The notes beneath the pieces are model-generated. The model did no database searches. It was not told the origin of the DNA and saw only the letters and a list, made by a program, of their open reading frames with translations. A DNA stretch of 64,000 nucleotides from Pontiella sp. (lineage in GTDB: Bacteria; Verrucomicrobiota; Kiritimatiellia; Kiritimatiellales; Pontiellaceae), in the NCBI GenBank assembly GCA_050290185.1, contig JBNKHE010000005.1, forward strand, positions 160,001 through 224,000, in the 5' to 3' direction. The first letter of the stretch is position 1; every line of letters starts with the position of its first letter. Below, one piece after another: positions 29,951-39,495 of the stretch. The position numbers were made by a program, and so were the translations under genes.

Positions 29951-30220
29951 TTACGAATGGGTTCGAGCAGGAATAAATCGCGCCCTTTGTCTGAAGGTTC
30001 CCGGCAATTCGGGATTGAATCCGCAGATGTGTTGGGAGCCGGACAGCGCGTGAAAAATAAGGATGGCGTTATCCTTGTTTTCATTCTGTGTACCCTAGGT
30101 TTCGTAGGTCAGAGAGACCGGATCAAATTCCTGTCCATCGTGCAGCATAAGGCGGGATTCTGAATTTTCATCATAGGTGTAGAATTGAGTGCCTACTTCC
30201 GCCGCATCCAATAAGGCCAT
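29951..30220 (-). pseudogene. metX: Truncated homoserine O-acetyltransferase remnant with an in-frame TAG
   Basis: Hand translation: MALLDAAEVGTQFYTYDENSESRLMLHDGQEFDPVSLTYET*GTQNENKDNAILIFHALSGSQH...; TAG at 30095-30097 where Trp/Tyr is expected; lies just downstream of metY. Confidence 0.8.
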
Positions 30221-30245
30221 CCCCGTAAAAAGGGATGGCCTTATT
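30210..30245. terminator. Perfect 14-bp stem-loop after metY, overlapping the metX remnant start codon
   Basis: AATAAGGCCATCCC-N8-GGGATGGCCTTATT. Confidence 0.55.
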
Positions 30246-30252
30246 GCATTAC

Positions 30253-31533
30253 TTAAACATTCGACAAAGCCTGATCAATATCAGACAGGATGTCGTCGAT
30301 ATGCTCAAGTCCTACCGAGAGACGAACCAGATCCGGAGTGATGCGTGCTCCGGCCTGTTGCTCTTCGGAGAGTTGCGAGTGCGTCGTTGTCGCCGGATGG
30401 ATCGCCAGACTGCGCGCATCGCCGACGTTGGCGAGATGAGAGAACAACTCGAGGTTCTCAATGAACTTCTTGCCGGCTTCCGCACCGCCTTTGATGCCGA
30501 AGACCACCATGCCGCCAGCGCCATCGGGGAGGTATTTCTGGGCCAGCTCGTAGGACGGGTCGCCTTCGAGTGCCGGATGGCGGACCCAGGTCACCTTGTC
30601 ATGATTCTTCAGATGCTTTGCAACAGCAAGACCGTTCTGGGAATGCCGCTCCATGCGCAAGCCCAGGGTTTCAATGCCCTGTAAGGCCATCCAGGCGTTG
30701 TCCGGCGATATGCAGGCACCGAGATTACGTAATGGAATCAGTCGCATGCGAAGAATGTAGGCAAGCGGTGCTAGATCTCCGAGATCGTTGGCAAAGCTGA
30801 CGTTCCAATAGCTCGGTTCGGGATCGGAGAGCAGGGGATGCTTGCCGGTGGTCCAGTCGAACTTTCCGGAGTCGACCACAACCCCGCCGATGCCGGTGCC
30901 GTGTCCGCCCAGCCACTTGGTGAGCGAGTGAACAACAATGTCAGCGCCGTGTTCCAGCGGACGACAAAGTGCCGGGGTGGTGAAGGTGCTGTCGACGATC
31001 AGTGGAAGACCATGCGCGTGAGCGATATCGGCAATGGCCTGAATATCAACCACGTCTAGCAGCGGGTTCCCGACGGTTTCAGCGTAGAGCGCCTTGGTCT
31101 TGCTGGTAATGGCCGCTTCATAGTTTTTCGGATCGGTGGGATCAACGAAATTGACCTTAATCCCCATCGACGGAAGAATATTGTTAAACTGCGTGTAGGT
31201 GCCGCCATACAGATTGTTGGCCGATACGATTTCATCGCCGGATTTAGCCAGATTGATGATACTGTAGAAAATGGCACTCGTACCGGATGCAAGCCCCAAA
31301 CCGGCCGCGCCGCCTTCGAGCGCGGCAATGCGCTGCTCAAGCACATCTGTCGTCGGGTTCATGAGCCGGGTATAGATATTTCCAAGCTCTTTCAGTGTAA
31401 AGAGGTTCGCGGCATGTTCGGTGCTGTCGAAGCGATAGGATGCAGTACGGTACAACGGTACGGCATGTGATTTTGTCGTGGCTTCCACGGACTCGTAGCC
31501 TGCATGGAGGCATTTTGTTTCCAGTTTGCTCAT
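30253..31533 (-). CDS. metY: O-acetylhomoserine sulfhydrylase (aminocarboxypropyltransferase)
   Basis: GNIYTRL.NPT, VHSLTKW.GGHG (PLP Lys), HLANVGD.RSL.IHPA.TTH.QL. Confidence 0.94.
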   Translation of the reverse strand: MSKLETKCLHAGYESVEATTKSHAVPLYRTASYRFDSTEHAANLFTLKELGNIYTRLMNPTTDVLEQRIAALEGGAAGLGLASGTSAIFYSIINLAKSGDEIVSANNLYGGTYTQFNNILPSMGIKVNFVDPTDPKNYEAAITSKTKALYAETVGNPLLDVVDIQAIADIAHAHGLPLIVDSTFTTPALCRPLEHGADIVVHSLTKWLGGHGTGIGGVVVDSGKFDWTTGKHPLLSDPEPSYWNVSFANDLGDLAPLAYILRMRLIPLRNLGACISPDNAWMALQGIETLGLRMERHSQNGLAVAKHLKNHDKVTWVRHPALEGDPSYELAQKYLPDGAGGMVVFGIKGGAEAGKKFIENLELFSHLANVGDARSLAIHPATTTHSQLSEEQQAGARITPDLVRLSVGLEHIDDILSDIDQALSNV

Positions 31534-31629
31534 GGTTTTTCCCTTTCTGTGTTTAACTGCACGTAATGCGAACATGCAATAGAGAGAGAGGAACTTTGAG
31601 GAAAGTCGCCGACTATTTTCCCTTCCCGG

Positions 31630-31735
31630 GAACACATCGTTCTTTGCTCAGCAAAGCCTGGCCTTGGCACCTTAACTTTTCAGGTTGCCGGGCGATCAAT
31701 GGGCCAGTTCCCTCACGCCACTCTCAATGCATAAA
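31630..31735 (-). promoter_or_regulatory. SAM-I (S-box) riboswitch upstream of metY
   Basis: Minus strand gcATTGAGAG-TGGC.GAGGGA-CTGGCCC...GCCCGGCAACC...GGTGCCAA..CCAG, P4 hairpin CTTTGC-TGA-GCAAAG, closing GATG. Confidence 0.88.
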
Positions 31736-31853
31736 TATGATTAACAAGGTAGTATATTGGGTGATTTAGTCAAGTGCTCTAGGTGACAATTTTTACCCCA
31801 TGAACACCAACCAATTACACCACCTGCGCATGAGTTGCAATAGGGTTCGCAGG

Positions 31854-32600
31854 CTAGGTGTCCATCGATTTTTTATCCGCGATGGCTTTGCGCAACAGTT
31901 TTAATTCGGCCGGTTTTGCATATCGCCATTCGCCTGGCTTGAGGTCTTCCATGCGAATCGGTCCGATGGCAATACGCATCAACCGGAACACCTTTTTTTC
32001 AAAGTGCTCCATCAGGCGACGGATATGACGGTTTCGCCCCTCGCCAAGAACGATCGTGTATTCGACACCCTTGCGGGTGGAGTGCCCGTCATCGATATCA
32101 AGCACACGCAACGTTTCGCCCTTATTGGGGATTCCGCGTTTCATCTTTTGCAACTGATAATGCCCAAGCGGGGTATCGACCCAGACCTTGTAGATTTTTT
32201 CCACGTGGTATTTTGGATGCATTAGAGCATGGGCAAGTTCGCCGTCGTTGGTGACGATGATCAATCCCTCACTCATGAAGTCGAGGCGGCCCACGGTATA
32301 GACACGTTCAGGAAGATCATCCAGCAGGTCGAGCACGGTGGTCCGTCCGTTGGGGTCATCGGATGTGCAAATGACCTGCGGGGGTTTGTTCATCAGAATA
32401 GTAACCGATGCTTCCTTCGCGACCCGCTTCCCGTTACAAAGGACCTTTTGAGAGGGAACCACCTTGGTACCCAATTCGGTCACAACCATTCCATCCACTG
32501 AAACCCGGCCGGCCGTGATCAGTTTTTCGCAAAACCGCCGGGAGCCCAGACCGCAATCGGCCAGGTATTTCTGCAAACGAACTGGTTCGTGACAGGTCAT
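31854..32600 (-). CDS. Pseudouridine synthase, RsuA/RluB family
   Basis: S4 domain RLQKYLA..G..SRR; VGRLD..SEGL...TNDG; EGRNR.IRR. Confidence 0.93.
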   Translation of the reverse strand: MTCHEPVRLQKYLADCGLGSRRFCEKLITAGRVSVDGMVVTELGTKVVPSQKVLCNGKRVAKEASVTILMNKPPQVICTSDDPNGRTTVLDLLDDLPERVYTVGRLDFMSEGLIIVTNDGELAHALMHPKYHVEKIYKVWVDTPLGHYQLQKMKRGIPNKGETLRVLDIDDGHSTRKGVEYTIVLGEGRNRHIRRLMEHFEKKVFRLMRIAIGPIRMEDLKPGEWRYAKPAELKLLRKAIADKKSMDT

Positions 32601-32671
32601 TACATTCCGTCAAAGAAAAAGCACCCCAGAGACACGCCCGGAGTGCTTTTAATATAAATCCTGTTCGGCGA

Positions 32672-32827
32672 TTAATCTTCGGACTTGGTCTTTGGAAGGT
32701 TGAACGCGCGATCGCCGTCTTTCCATTTGCCGTCCTTCTTGAGGACTTCAATTCGTTCAAACCGCTTCAAAACGTTTCGTTTCGTGCGGATCTTGGCCGC
32801 GCCCTTCAGGCTGCTGTGCATGGACAT
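32672..32827 (-). CDS. Small basic protein, PVC superphylum signature protein
   Basis: MS.H.SLK......KRNVLKR.ERI..L...G.W.......LPK; GGAG RBS. Confidence 0.88.
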   Translation of the reverse strand: MSMHSSLKGAAKIRTKRNVLKRFERIEVLKKDGKWKDGDRAFNLPKTKSED

Positions 32828-32956
32828 AGTGTTTCTCCGTCGTTGATTTCCCAAAAAATGATCGCGGAAATTAACCCCTTGGATAGGCGATGTCAAAGCC
32901 TAACCTCGGCTTTTTTTGCCGATAATCGATCAAAATCCAGACGACTCATTCAGGCT

Positions 32957-32988
32957 AAAAAAAAGGCCTCCTTAAATGGAAGCCTTTT
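32957..32988 (-). terminator. Intrinsic terminator
   Basis: AAAAGGC.TCC...GGA.GCCTTTT hairpin with a T-run on the minus strand. Confidence 0.6.
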
Positions 32989-33008
32989 GAAAAATCAGGA
33001 ATTACTGA

Positions 33009-33191
33009 TTATTTCTTTTCCTGCAAGGTGAGTTTTTTTCCGGAACTTAACCATTCCGTCAAAATAACCTTGCAGTATTTACTGGTTGAAAGATGCATTG
33101 AGTTTGCACGCTTTTCCAGTTCATCAGCCATTTCTTTGGACATATTGATTCCGATAGTTTTTGTATTCTTGCCGATAGGATTTGTTGCCAT
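33009..33191 (-). CDS. Small protein, ribbon-helix-helix-like DNA-binding candidate
   Basis: KTIGINM strand, helix (ADELEKRA), S.SKY..helix; GAGG RBS. Confidence 0.6.
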   Translation of the reverse strand: MATNPIGKNTKTIGINMSKEMADELEKRANSMHLSTSKYCKVILTEWLSSGKKLTLQEKK

Positions 33192-33359
33192 GTAATATAC
33201 CTCGTTATTTGTTAAAGATAAACATGGTATAAGCCATGCGCATTTTGAGGTCTAGTAAATATTACTAAAAAAAACCATTCGCGCATCTTTACTCGGAAGC
33301 TAGTCTTTGAAAGTATCCATATTATCGTAAATATATGTTATATTTAGCAGGGAGTAACG

Positions 33360-33611
33360 ATGTGGTGGCCATTTCAAAATAAACGCGCAGAAGCCAGCGA
33401 AGAATATCAATCTTTTTGGAAAGAAGACTTTTCCGACTGCGTTGCCATCAAATACCTGCCGGATTATTCCGTGTGTAAATGCAAAAACAACCGCCGATGC
33501 CGCTACGTGGCTATGTATGCAGGCCTGACTCTTTGCTGTAATCCGAAACACAGAATATTCGTGCCCGAAGGTTCGGCACCCTACGACCCTCATGAAGGGC
33601 CATTCTTTTAA
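33360..33611 (+). CDS. Small Cys-rich hypothetical protein
   Basis: GGGAG RBS; C..., C.C....C, CCNP. Confidence 0.45.
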   Translation: MWWPFQNKRAEASEEYQSFWKEDFSDCVAIKYLPDYSVCKCKNNRRCRYVAMYAGLTLCCNPKHRIFVPEGSAPYDPHEGPFF

Positions 33612-33661
33612 TTGCCAGCCCACTCTTGCCTTCCACGCAGGACTGCGTCTATCTTCCGCGC

Positions 33662-34744
33662 ATGTCCACTCCTGAAAAACCAATCAAAAAAGGTCGCGTA
33701 GCTGTCGGCATGAGCGGGGGAACCGACAGTTCTGCCGCCGCCGCGCTCCTCGTTGATCAAGGGTATGAAGTGATCGGCCTCACCGCCCACATGTGGAAAG
33801 ACGGATCACGATGTTGCTCGCTGGAGGACGTCGAAAGAGCCCGCAGGGTCTGCACTTATCTGGATATACGGCACTACGTGGTCAACGCGCAGGAAATCTT
33901 CACCGACAAAATCGTAAATCCTTTCGTCGACGCCTACGCATCCGGCCGTACTCCCTCACCCTGCATCTACTGCAATTCGTTCGTGAAGTTCGGTTTTCTA
34001 ATGGATCGCGCGCTGCAGCTCAATTGCGACCATCTGGCGACGGGACACTACGCCCATGTTGAGAAACAGGAAGACGGAAACTACCACTTGTTCTGTGCCA
34101 AGGACCCCACCAAGGATCAATCCTATTTCCTGCACAGGTTAAATCAGCAGCAACTGGGCTTCCTGTTATTCCCGCTGGCCGACATGCCGAAGACGGTGGT
34201 GAAGGCCTATTCGAAAGAGCGCGGCCTGCCCATCGTTCCTCGCGGGGACAGTCAGGACTTGTGTTTCGTGGAAGAGGGGCGGTTGCCGGAGTTTGTTGAG
34301 CAACGCGACCCTTCAGTCATCAAACGCGGCGAGATCCACGACCAGAACGGTAATGTGGTCGGTCATCACGATGGGCTGCATCGTTTCACGGTCGGCCAGC
34401 GCGGCAAGCTGGGCATCGCCTTGGGTGAGCGCATGTATGTGAAACGGCTCGACAGGGAAAACAATGTCGTGGAAGTTGCCCCCCGCCCAGGTGTCATGAA
34501 GTCGGAATGCATGCTCAGCGACATCCACTGGATTTCCGGGAAGCCCCCGGAAAATGATCTGCAGTGCGAAGTACGCCCCCGATATCGAAGCAACGGTGCC
34601 ATAGCATCGGTAAAACTGTCGACGGATAATACGGGACGTGCGGTCTTCGACAAACCCCAGTTTGCACTTACACCCGGTCAGGCCGCTGTCTTCTATCGGG
34701 ATGGAGAGGTGCTGGGTGGCGGATGGATCGATCAGGTTCTGTAG
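33662..34744 (+). CDS. mnmA: tRNA 2-thiouridine(34) synthase
   Basis: SGGTDS, TP.PC..CN, ATGHYA, KDQSYFL, DSQDLCF, FTVGQR, PGQAAV.Y. Confidence 0.95.
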   Translation: MSTPEKPIKKGRVAVGMSGGTDSSAAAALLVDQGYEVIGLTAHMWKDGSRCCSLEDVERARRVCTYLDIRHYVVNAQEIFTDKIVNPFVDAYASGRTPSPCIYCNSFVKFGFLMDRALQLNCDHLATGHYAHVEKQEDGNYHLFCAKDPTKDQSYFLHRLNQQQLGFLLFPLADMPKTVVKAYSKERGLPIVPRGDSQDLCFVEEGRLPEFVEQRDPSVIKRGEIHDQNGNVVGHHDGLHRFTVGQRGKLGIALGERMYVKRLDRENNVVEVAPRPGVMKSECMLSDIHWISGKPPENDLQCEVRPRYRSNGAIASVKLSTDNTGRAVFDKPQFALTPGQAAVFYRDGEVLGGGWIDQVL

Positions 34745-34852
34745 AGCCGCTCTAAATACAGATGCAAGATCTGTTAGAGTTTGGTGAGAGCTGATTATCT
34801 TGTCGAGTTCAACCCATGAACCTTGGTATAGCAAATCCACAGGAGGATTTAC

Positions 34853-35590
34853 GTGCAGGCAAAAAATGCCATTTTGGGCCTTGGAGAACGTTTCGGAATA
34901 GAAGCGCCGCATACAAAACACGTTACCCGGTTGGCGCTGGATCTCTTTGACGAATTTTCCCCTTTCGAGGGTTTTTAAAAGAAAGATCGTCGTCTTCTCT
35001 TTGCCGCCTCCCAGCTCCATGACATCGCATACGCCACCGCCCCGAAAAACCATGTCATCAAGGGAGCCCGCATTCTGAAGGATCATCCGATCAAGGGATT
35101 TCCGCCCGACGACTGGCTTGAGGTCATTGGAATTGTGATGCTCCATAAATACGACTGGCGCTCCAAGCTGGATCATGACCTTTTTCCAAAGGTCGGCGAA
35201 AAGGAATTGGTGCGCATCAAAAAACTGGCCGCCATTCTTCGCGTTGCCGACGGACTCGACCATGACCATATTCAGGACGCAAGGATCCAGTTTTTCCGGC
35301 GTGGCAGGAAGGTCGACAAGCTTGGAGTGGAATGGAGGTGGTATGCGGGAAACATTCCATGGGCCGAGGCCAAAGCAGACCTCTGGGAAGCGGTTTTCAA
35401 ACGCAGCTTTCGGATTGATGGAAAACTCAAGCAGAGTAAGAAGATGTTCAAGGAGGTTGTTCACAAAAAGGATTCCGTTGCATCGGCCGCCCTCCGACTT
35501 CTCTATTCCCAATTGGTGCATCATGCGCGACAACGTTCCGGACATGATGGAGGGGAGCGACCTTGAATGCCTCCATAGCTACCGGGTGGC
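34853..35590 (+). pseudogene. HD-domain (Ppx/GppA-like) + CHAD protein remnant
   Basis: AGGAGG-GTG start; H..HV.RLAL.LFD, LHDI, LRVADGLD; in-frame TAA at 34976-34978; frameshift near 35513; only the CHAD start (DLECLHSYRVA) remains. Confidence 0.75.
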
Positions 35591-35903
35591 CAGCCGGATT
35601 GCGCGCGAAATCCAGAAAGCGGCCGGCATCGAGGTGCGCTACACCTCGCTGGGCCGCGTCCAGCGCGGCGGCACGCAGACGGCCACGGACCGGCTGCTTT
35701 GCACTCGCATGGGCACCAAGGCCGACGAATTGCTGGCCGAGGGAGTCTACAACGTCATGGTGGGCGTCCGGAGCGATACGTGCGAGGCCGTCCCGCTTGC
35801 CGAAGTCGCCGGCCGTCCCAAGTTGGTTCCCGCGGGTCACCGCTGGCTCAAGACCGCGGCATTGGTTGATACCTGCCTCGGTGATGAACTAAACTTAGGA
35901 TAA
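35591..35903 (+). pseudogene. pfkA: C-terminal fragment of 6-phosphofructokinase
   Basis: E.RYT.LG.VQRGG..TA.DR.L.TR.G..A, VPL.EV; N-terminal two thirds missing. Confidence 0.75.
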
Positions 35904-35934
35904 TCCGTCCAAAACGGCGGAACGGAGGTGCTCC

Positions 35935-36059
35935 ATGAGTTGCCGAAGGGAAAATCCAAGCATAAGCGCAAACCGGGTCTTTACGAATGCAAGAAATGCG
36001 GTGCGGTCGTAAAGAAGAAGGACAAGGTTTGCAGCGGCAAGAAAATCAAAGACGAATAA
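35935..36059 (+). CDS. Tiny Lys-rich CxxC...C protein (possible frameshift at the 5' end, or TTG start at 35940)
   Basis: GGAGG-ATG is out of frame with KGKSKHKRKPGLYECKKCGAVVKKKDKVCSGKKIKDE*. Confidence 0.45.
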
Positions 36060-36224
36060 GGCCTTCGACGGAGTGTTGATTTTTTCGACGAAAACTACCG
36101 TGTCATGCCGACTTGTTACATTCATGTAACATCGATCGGGCTCAATGCGGCCAATCCATTATCCTTTTTGTTTTGTTTTTCCGGGGGAGGTCGTTTTATA
36201 TACGCGCCTTTTTGAGGGAAAACC

Positions 36225-37130
36225 ATGACGACTATTGAAGAACGGATCCAACAACTGAAACGCGAACGTGGCGCGATTATCATTGCCCACAACTACCAGC
36301 CCGACGAGGTACAGGCCATCGCCGATTTTACCGGCGACTCGCTCGAACTAAGCCGGAAAGCCGCCGAGCTTGACGAGGATGTCATTGTCTTCTGCGGCGT
36401 CCATTTCATGGCCGAAACCGCGGCGATCCTAAGTCCCGAAAAAACCATCCTGCTACCCGACCGCTTTGCCGGATGCCCCATGGCGGACATGATTACCGCC
36501 GAGCAACTTAGAGCGAAGAAGGCCGAGCATCCGGGTGCCGTGGTGATCTGCTATGTAAACAGCTCCGCCGCTGTCAAGGCCGAGTGCGATTTATGCTGCA
36601 CATCCTCGAATGCCATGAAGATTGTCAGCTCGGTTCCGGCCGACAAGGAAATCATTTTTGTGCCCGACACCCATCTCGGTCACTACATACAGGAAGAGCT
36701 CGGTCGGGAGATGATCATCTGGGACGGATACTGTCCAACCCACTCGCGTATTCGCGATGTTGATATCCGCCGTGAGCTGGAGGATCACCCCGACGCCAAG
36801 GTCATGGCACATCCCGAATGCCCACTCCCGATCCGCGACTTGGCAGACTACCTGCTATCTACCGGCCAGATGTGCACGCATGCCAAGGAGTCAGATGAAA
36901 AGGAATTTATTGTCGCTACGGAAATGGGATTACTCTACCGCCTGCGAAACGAAAACCCGGATAAGAAGTTTTACTCCGTCAGCGATCGCGCGCTGTGCCC
37001 GAACATGAAAAAGATTGATTTGGAAAAGGTACTCTGGTCGCTCGAGGACACGCAGCATCGGATCACGGTACCGAAGGAGATTGCCGACAAGGCCCGCCTG
37101 TCGATCGAGCGCATGCTGGAACTGAGCTAG
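36225..37130 (+). CDS. nadA: Quinolinate synthase
   Basis: AHNYQ, GDSL, FCGVHFMAE, GCPMA, YVNS, CPTH, HPEC, CPNMK. Confidence 0.96.
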   Translation: MTTIEERIQQLKRERGAIIIAHNYQPDEVQAIADFTGDSLELSRKAAELDEDVIVFCGVHFMAETAAILSPEKTILLPDRFAGCPMADMITAEQLRAKKAEHPGAVVICYVNSSAAVKAECDLCCTSSNAMKIVSSVPADKEIIFVPDTHLGHYIQEELGREMIIWDGYCPTHSRIRDVDIRRELEDHPDAKVMAHPECPLPIRDLADYLLSTGQMCTHAKESDEKEFIVATEMGLLYRLRNENPDKKFYSVSDRALCPNMKKIDLEKVLWSLEDTQHRITVPKEIADKARLSIERMLELS

Positions 37131-37232
37131 TGAAACCGGGAATTTTAAACCTGAAACTTAAATGTGCGATTACCGCATACGGAATACACGCAATACGCGG
37201 TAAGCAATGCGAAATTTCGCAATAGGGGAACC

Positions 37233-38063
37233 ATGTGGGAATATACGGATAAGGTTACGGATCACTTCAAGAATCCGCGTAATGTCGGGGCGGTCGAAAA
37301 CCCGGACGGTGAGGGAACTGTCGGCTCGCTGGCGTGCGGAGATGCCCTGCGACTTACCTTCAAGCTCGATGAAAACAAGCGTATCTGCGAGGCCCGGTTC
37401 CAGACCTTTGGTTGTGCCAGCGCGATTGCCTCCTCCTCCGCGTTGACGGAAATGGTTCTCGGCAAGACCATCGAGGAAGCCGAGAAGATTACCAATAACG
37501 ATATCGTCGAATATCTCGGCGCGTTGCCGAAGCAGAAGATTCATTGCTCGGTCATGGGCCGCGAAGCACTCGAAGCGGCGATCTACAACTACCGCACCGG
37601 AAAGACGCTCGACAAGAAGCTGGACGGCGAAGTGATCTGCCACTGCTTTGGCGCTACCGACAAGGAAATCGAAAAGCTGGCCCGCGAGCAAAACCTGACC
37701 ACGGCCGAAGATATAACCAACGCCTGCAAGGCCGGCGGCGGATGCGGCCAGTGCATCCCGGAGATCGAAACGATCATCAATCGCGTCATCGACGAGGGAC
37801 AGGCCAAAACGGAAATAAAGCCGAAACTGACCCAGCTGCAGAAAATCAAGCTGATCGAGGAAACCATCGACCGCCAGGTCCGCCCGATCCTGCGGCGCGA
37901 CAATGGCGACCTCGAGTTGCACGACGTCGACGGCGACAAGGTCTTCGTTAAGTTTGTCGGCGCCTGCGTGAGTTGTCCCGTCTCGACCGTCACCCTCAAG
38001 GATGTTGTCGAAACCCAGCTCCGCGAAGCCATCTCCGACGACATCGTCGTGGAGGCCGTCTAG
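37233..38063 (+). CDS. nifU: Three-domain Fe-S scaffold NifU
   Basis: IscU domain (CGD, FGC, HCS), BFD-like C.CF...AGGGC..C, Nfu domain GAC..C. Confidence 0.93.
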   Translation: MWEYTDKVTDHFKNPRNVGAVENPDGEGTVGSLACGDALRLTFKLDENKRICEARFQTFGCASAIASSSALTEMVLGKTIEEAEKITNNDIVEYLGALPKQKIHCSVMGREALEAAIYNYRTGKTLDKKLDGEVICHCFGATDKEIEKLAREQNLTTAEDITNACKAGGGCGQCIPEIETIINRVIDEGQAKTEIKPKLTQLQKIKLIEETIDRQVRPILRRDNGDLELHDVDGDKVFVKFVGACVSCPVSTVTLKDVVETQLREAISDDIVVEAV

Positions 38064-38159
38064 ATTTAACAAAATGATTTAGGGCAGAAAAATTTCAACC
38101 GGCAGCATGGAATCATTTTCCACAATAATTTTGTCAGATAACAATTCCGGGGACAGGAA

Positions 38160-39326
38160 ATGAACAAGTCAGTGTATGTCGACAACAACGCCACGACTGC
38201 GGTAGCGCCCGAAGTCACGGAAGCCATGTTGCCTTTCTTTCACGAGCATTGGGGTAATCCTTCGAGTATGCACGCCTTCGGCGGAAACGTTAAGAAGCAC
38301 ATTGATACTGCCCGCGAAAAGGTGGCGGCACTCATCGGAGCGGAACATCCGAGCGAAATTATTTTCACGAGTTGCGGCTCCGAAAGCGACAACATGGCCA
38401 TCCGGGGAACGGTCGATGCCATGGGAGGCCATCCGCACATCATTACGACGCGCGTCGAGCATGCGGCGGTACTTGGACCGTGCCATCATCTCGAAGACCG
38501 CGGCTACCGTGTGACCACCCTCGATGTGGACGCCATGGGCAACCTCGATCTCGACCAGGTTCGCGATGCCTCTGCGAGCGGCAAGAAAACCGTCGCTTCC
38601 ATCATGTGGGCCAACAACGAAACCGGCGTAATTTTCCCGATTCCAGAACTTGCAGCACTTGTCAAGGAGGGCGGGGGTATCGTCCATACCGACGCCGTCC
38701 AGATTGCCGGCAAACTGCCTTTCGCGGTGAAGGATCTTCCCATCGACCTTTTATCCATATCCGGCCACAAGCTGCATGCGCCCAAGGGAATCGGAATGCT
38801 ATACGTCCGGCGTGGCACCAAAATCACGCCACACATCATGGGCGGACACCAGGAGCGTGGACGTCGTGCCGGAACGGAAAACGTGCCGTATATTGTCGGC
38901 CTCGGAAAAGCCTGTGAACTGGCCATGGAACGCATGGATCAGGACGCAGAACACGAACGCAAACTGCGCGACCGACTTGAACTGGGCATTCTCGAAACCT
39001 GCAAGGGCGCGCGCATAAACGGTGATGTCTCGCACCGCCTGCCCAACACCACTAACATCAGCTTTGAGTATGTAGAAGGAGAAGCCATCCTGCTCATGCT
39101 CGACGACGTCGGTATCTGCGCCTCCACCGGCTCGGCCTGCGCATCCGGCTCGCTGGAACCGTCGCATGTACTGCGCGCCATGGATGTACCGCGCTCGATG
39201 GTTCACGGATCCATCCGTTTCAGCCTCAGCCGATACAATACCGAGCAGGACGTCGACTATGTTCTGGAAAAGATGCCCGTCATCATCAACCGCCTCCGCG
39301 AACTTTCTCCGTTTGTGAAAGACTAG
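38160..39326 (+). CDS. nifS: Cysteine desulfurase (NifS type)
   Basis: DNNATT, GNPSS, ANNETG, SGHKLHAPKG, STGSAC, RFSLS. Confidence 0.94.
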   Translation: MNKSVYVDNNATTAVAPEVTEAMLPFFHEHWGNPSSMHAFGGNVKKHIDTAREKVAALIGAEHPSEIIFTSCGSESDNMAIRGTVDAMGGHPHIITTRVEHAAVLGPCHHLEDRGYRVTTLDVDAMGNLDLDQVRDASASGKKTVASIMWANNETGVIFPIPELAALVKEGGGIVHTDAVQIAGKLPFAVKDLPIDLLSISGHKLHAPKGIGMLYVRRGTKITPHIMGGHQERGRRAGTENVPYIVGLGKACELAMERMDQDAEHERKLRDRLELGILETCKGARINGDVSHRLPNTTNISFEYVEGEAILLMLDDVGICASTGSACASGSLEPSHVLRAMDVPRSMVHGSIRFSLSRYNTEQDVDYVLEKMPVIINRLRELSPFVKD

Positions 39327-39495
39327 AGAACATCAAGAGGAATTTGAACAGAAGGACGCAAATAGCGCATAACGCTCAACATACGAGTCCAACAATTTGT
39401 GGCGACCGTTAAAATCTGTTCTGATATTAGCAAAATCTATGGATTCCAGTCATGGCGCCTGCTATGTTTCTTCGTCTTGAAACTGGAGAAACTAC

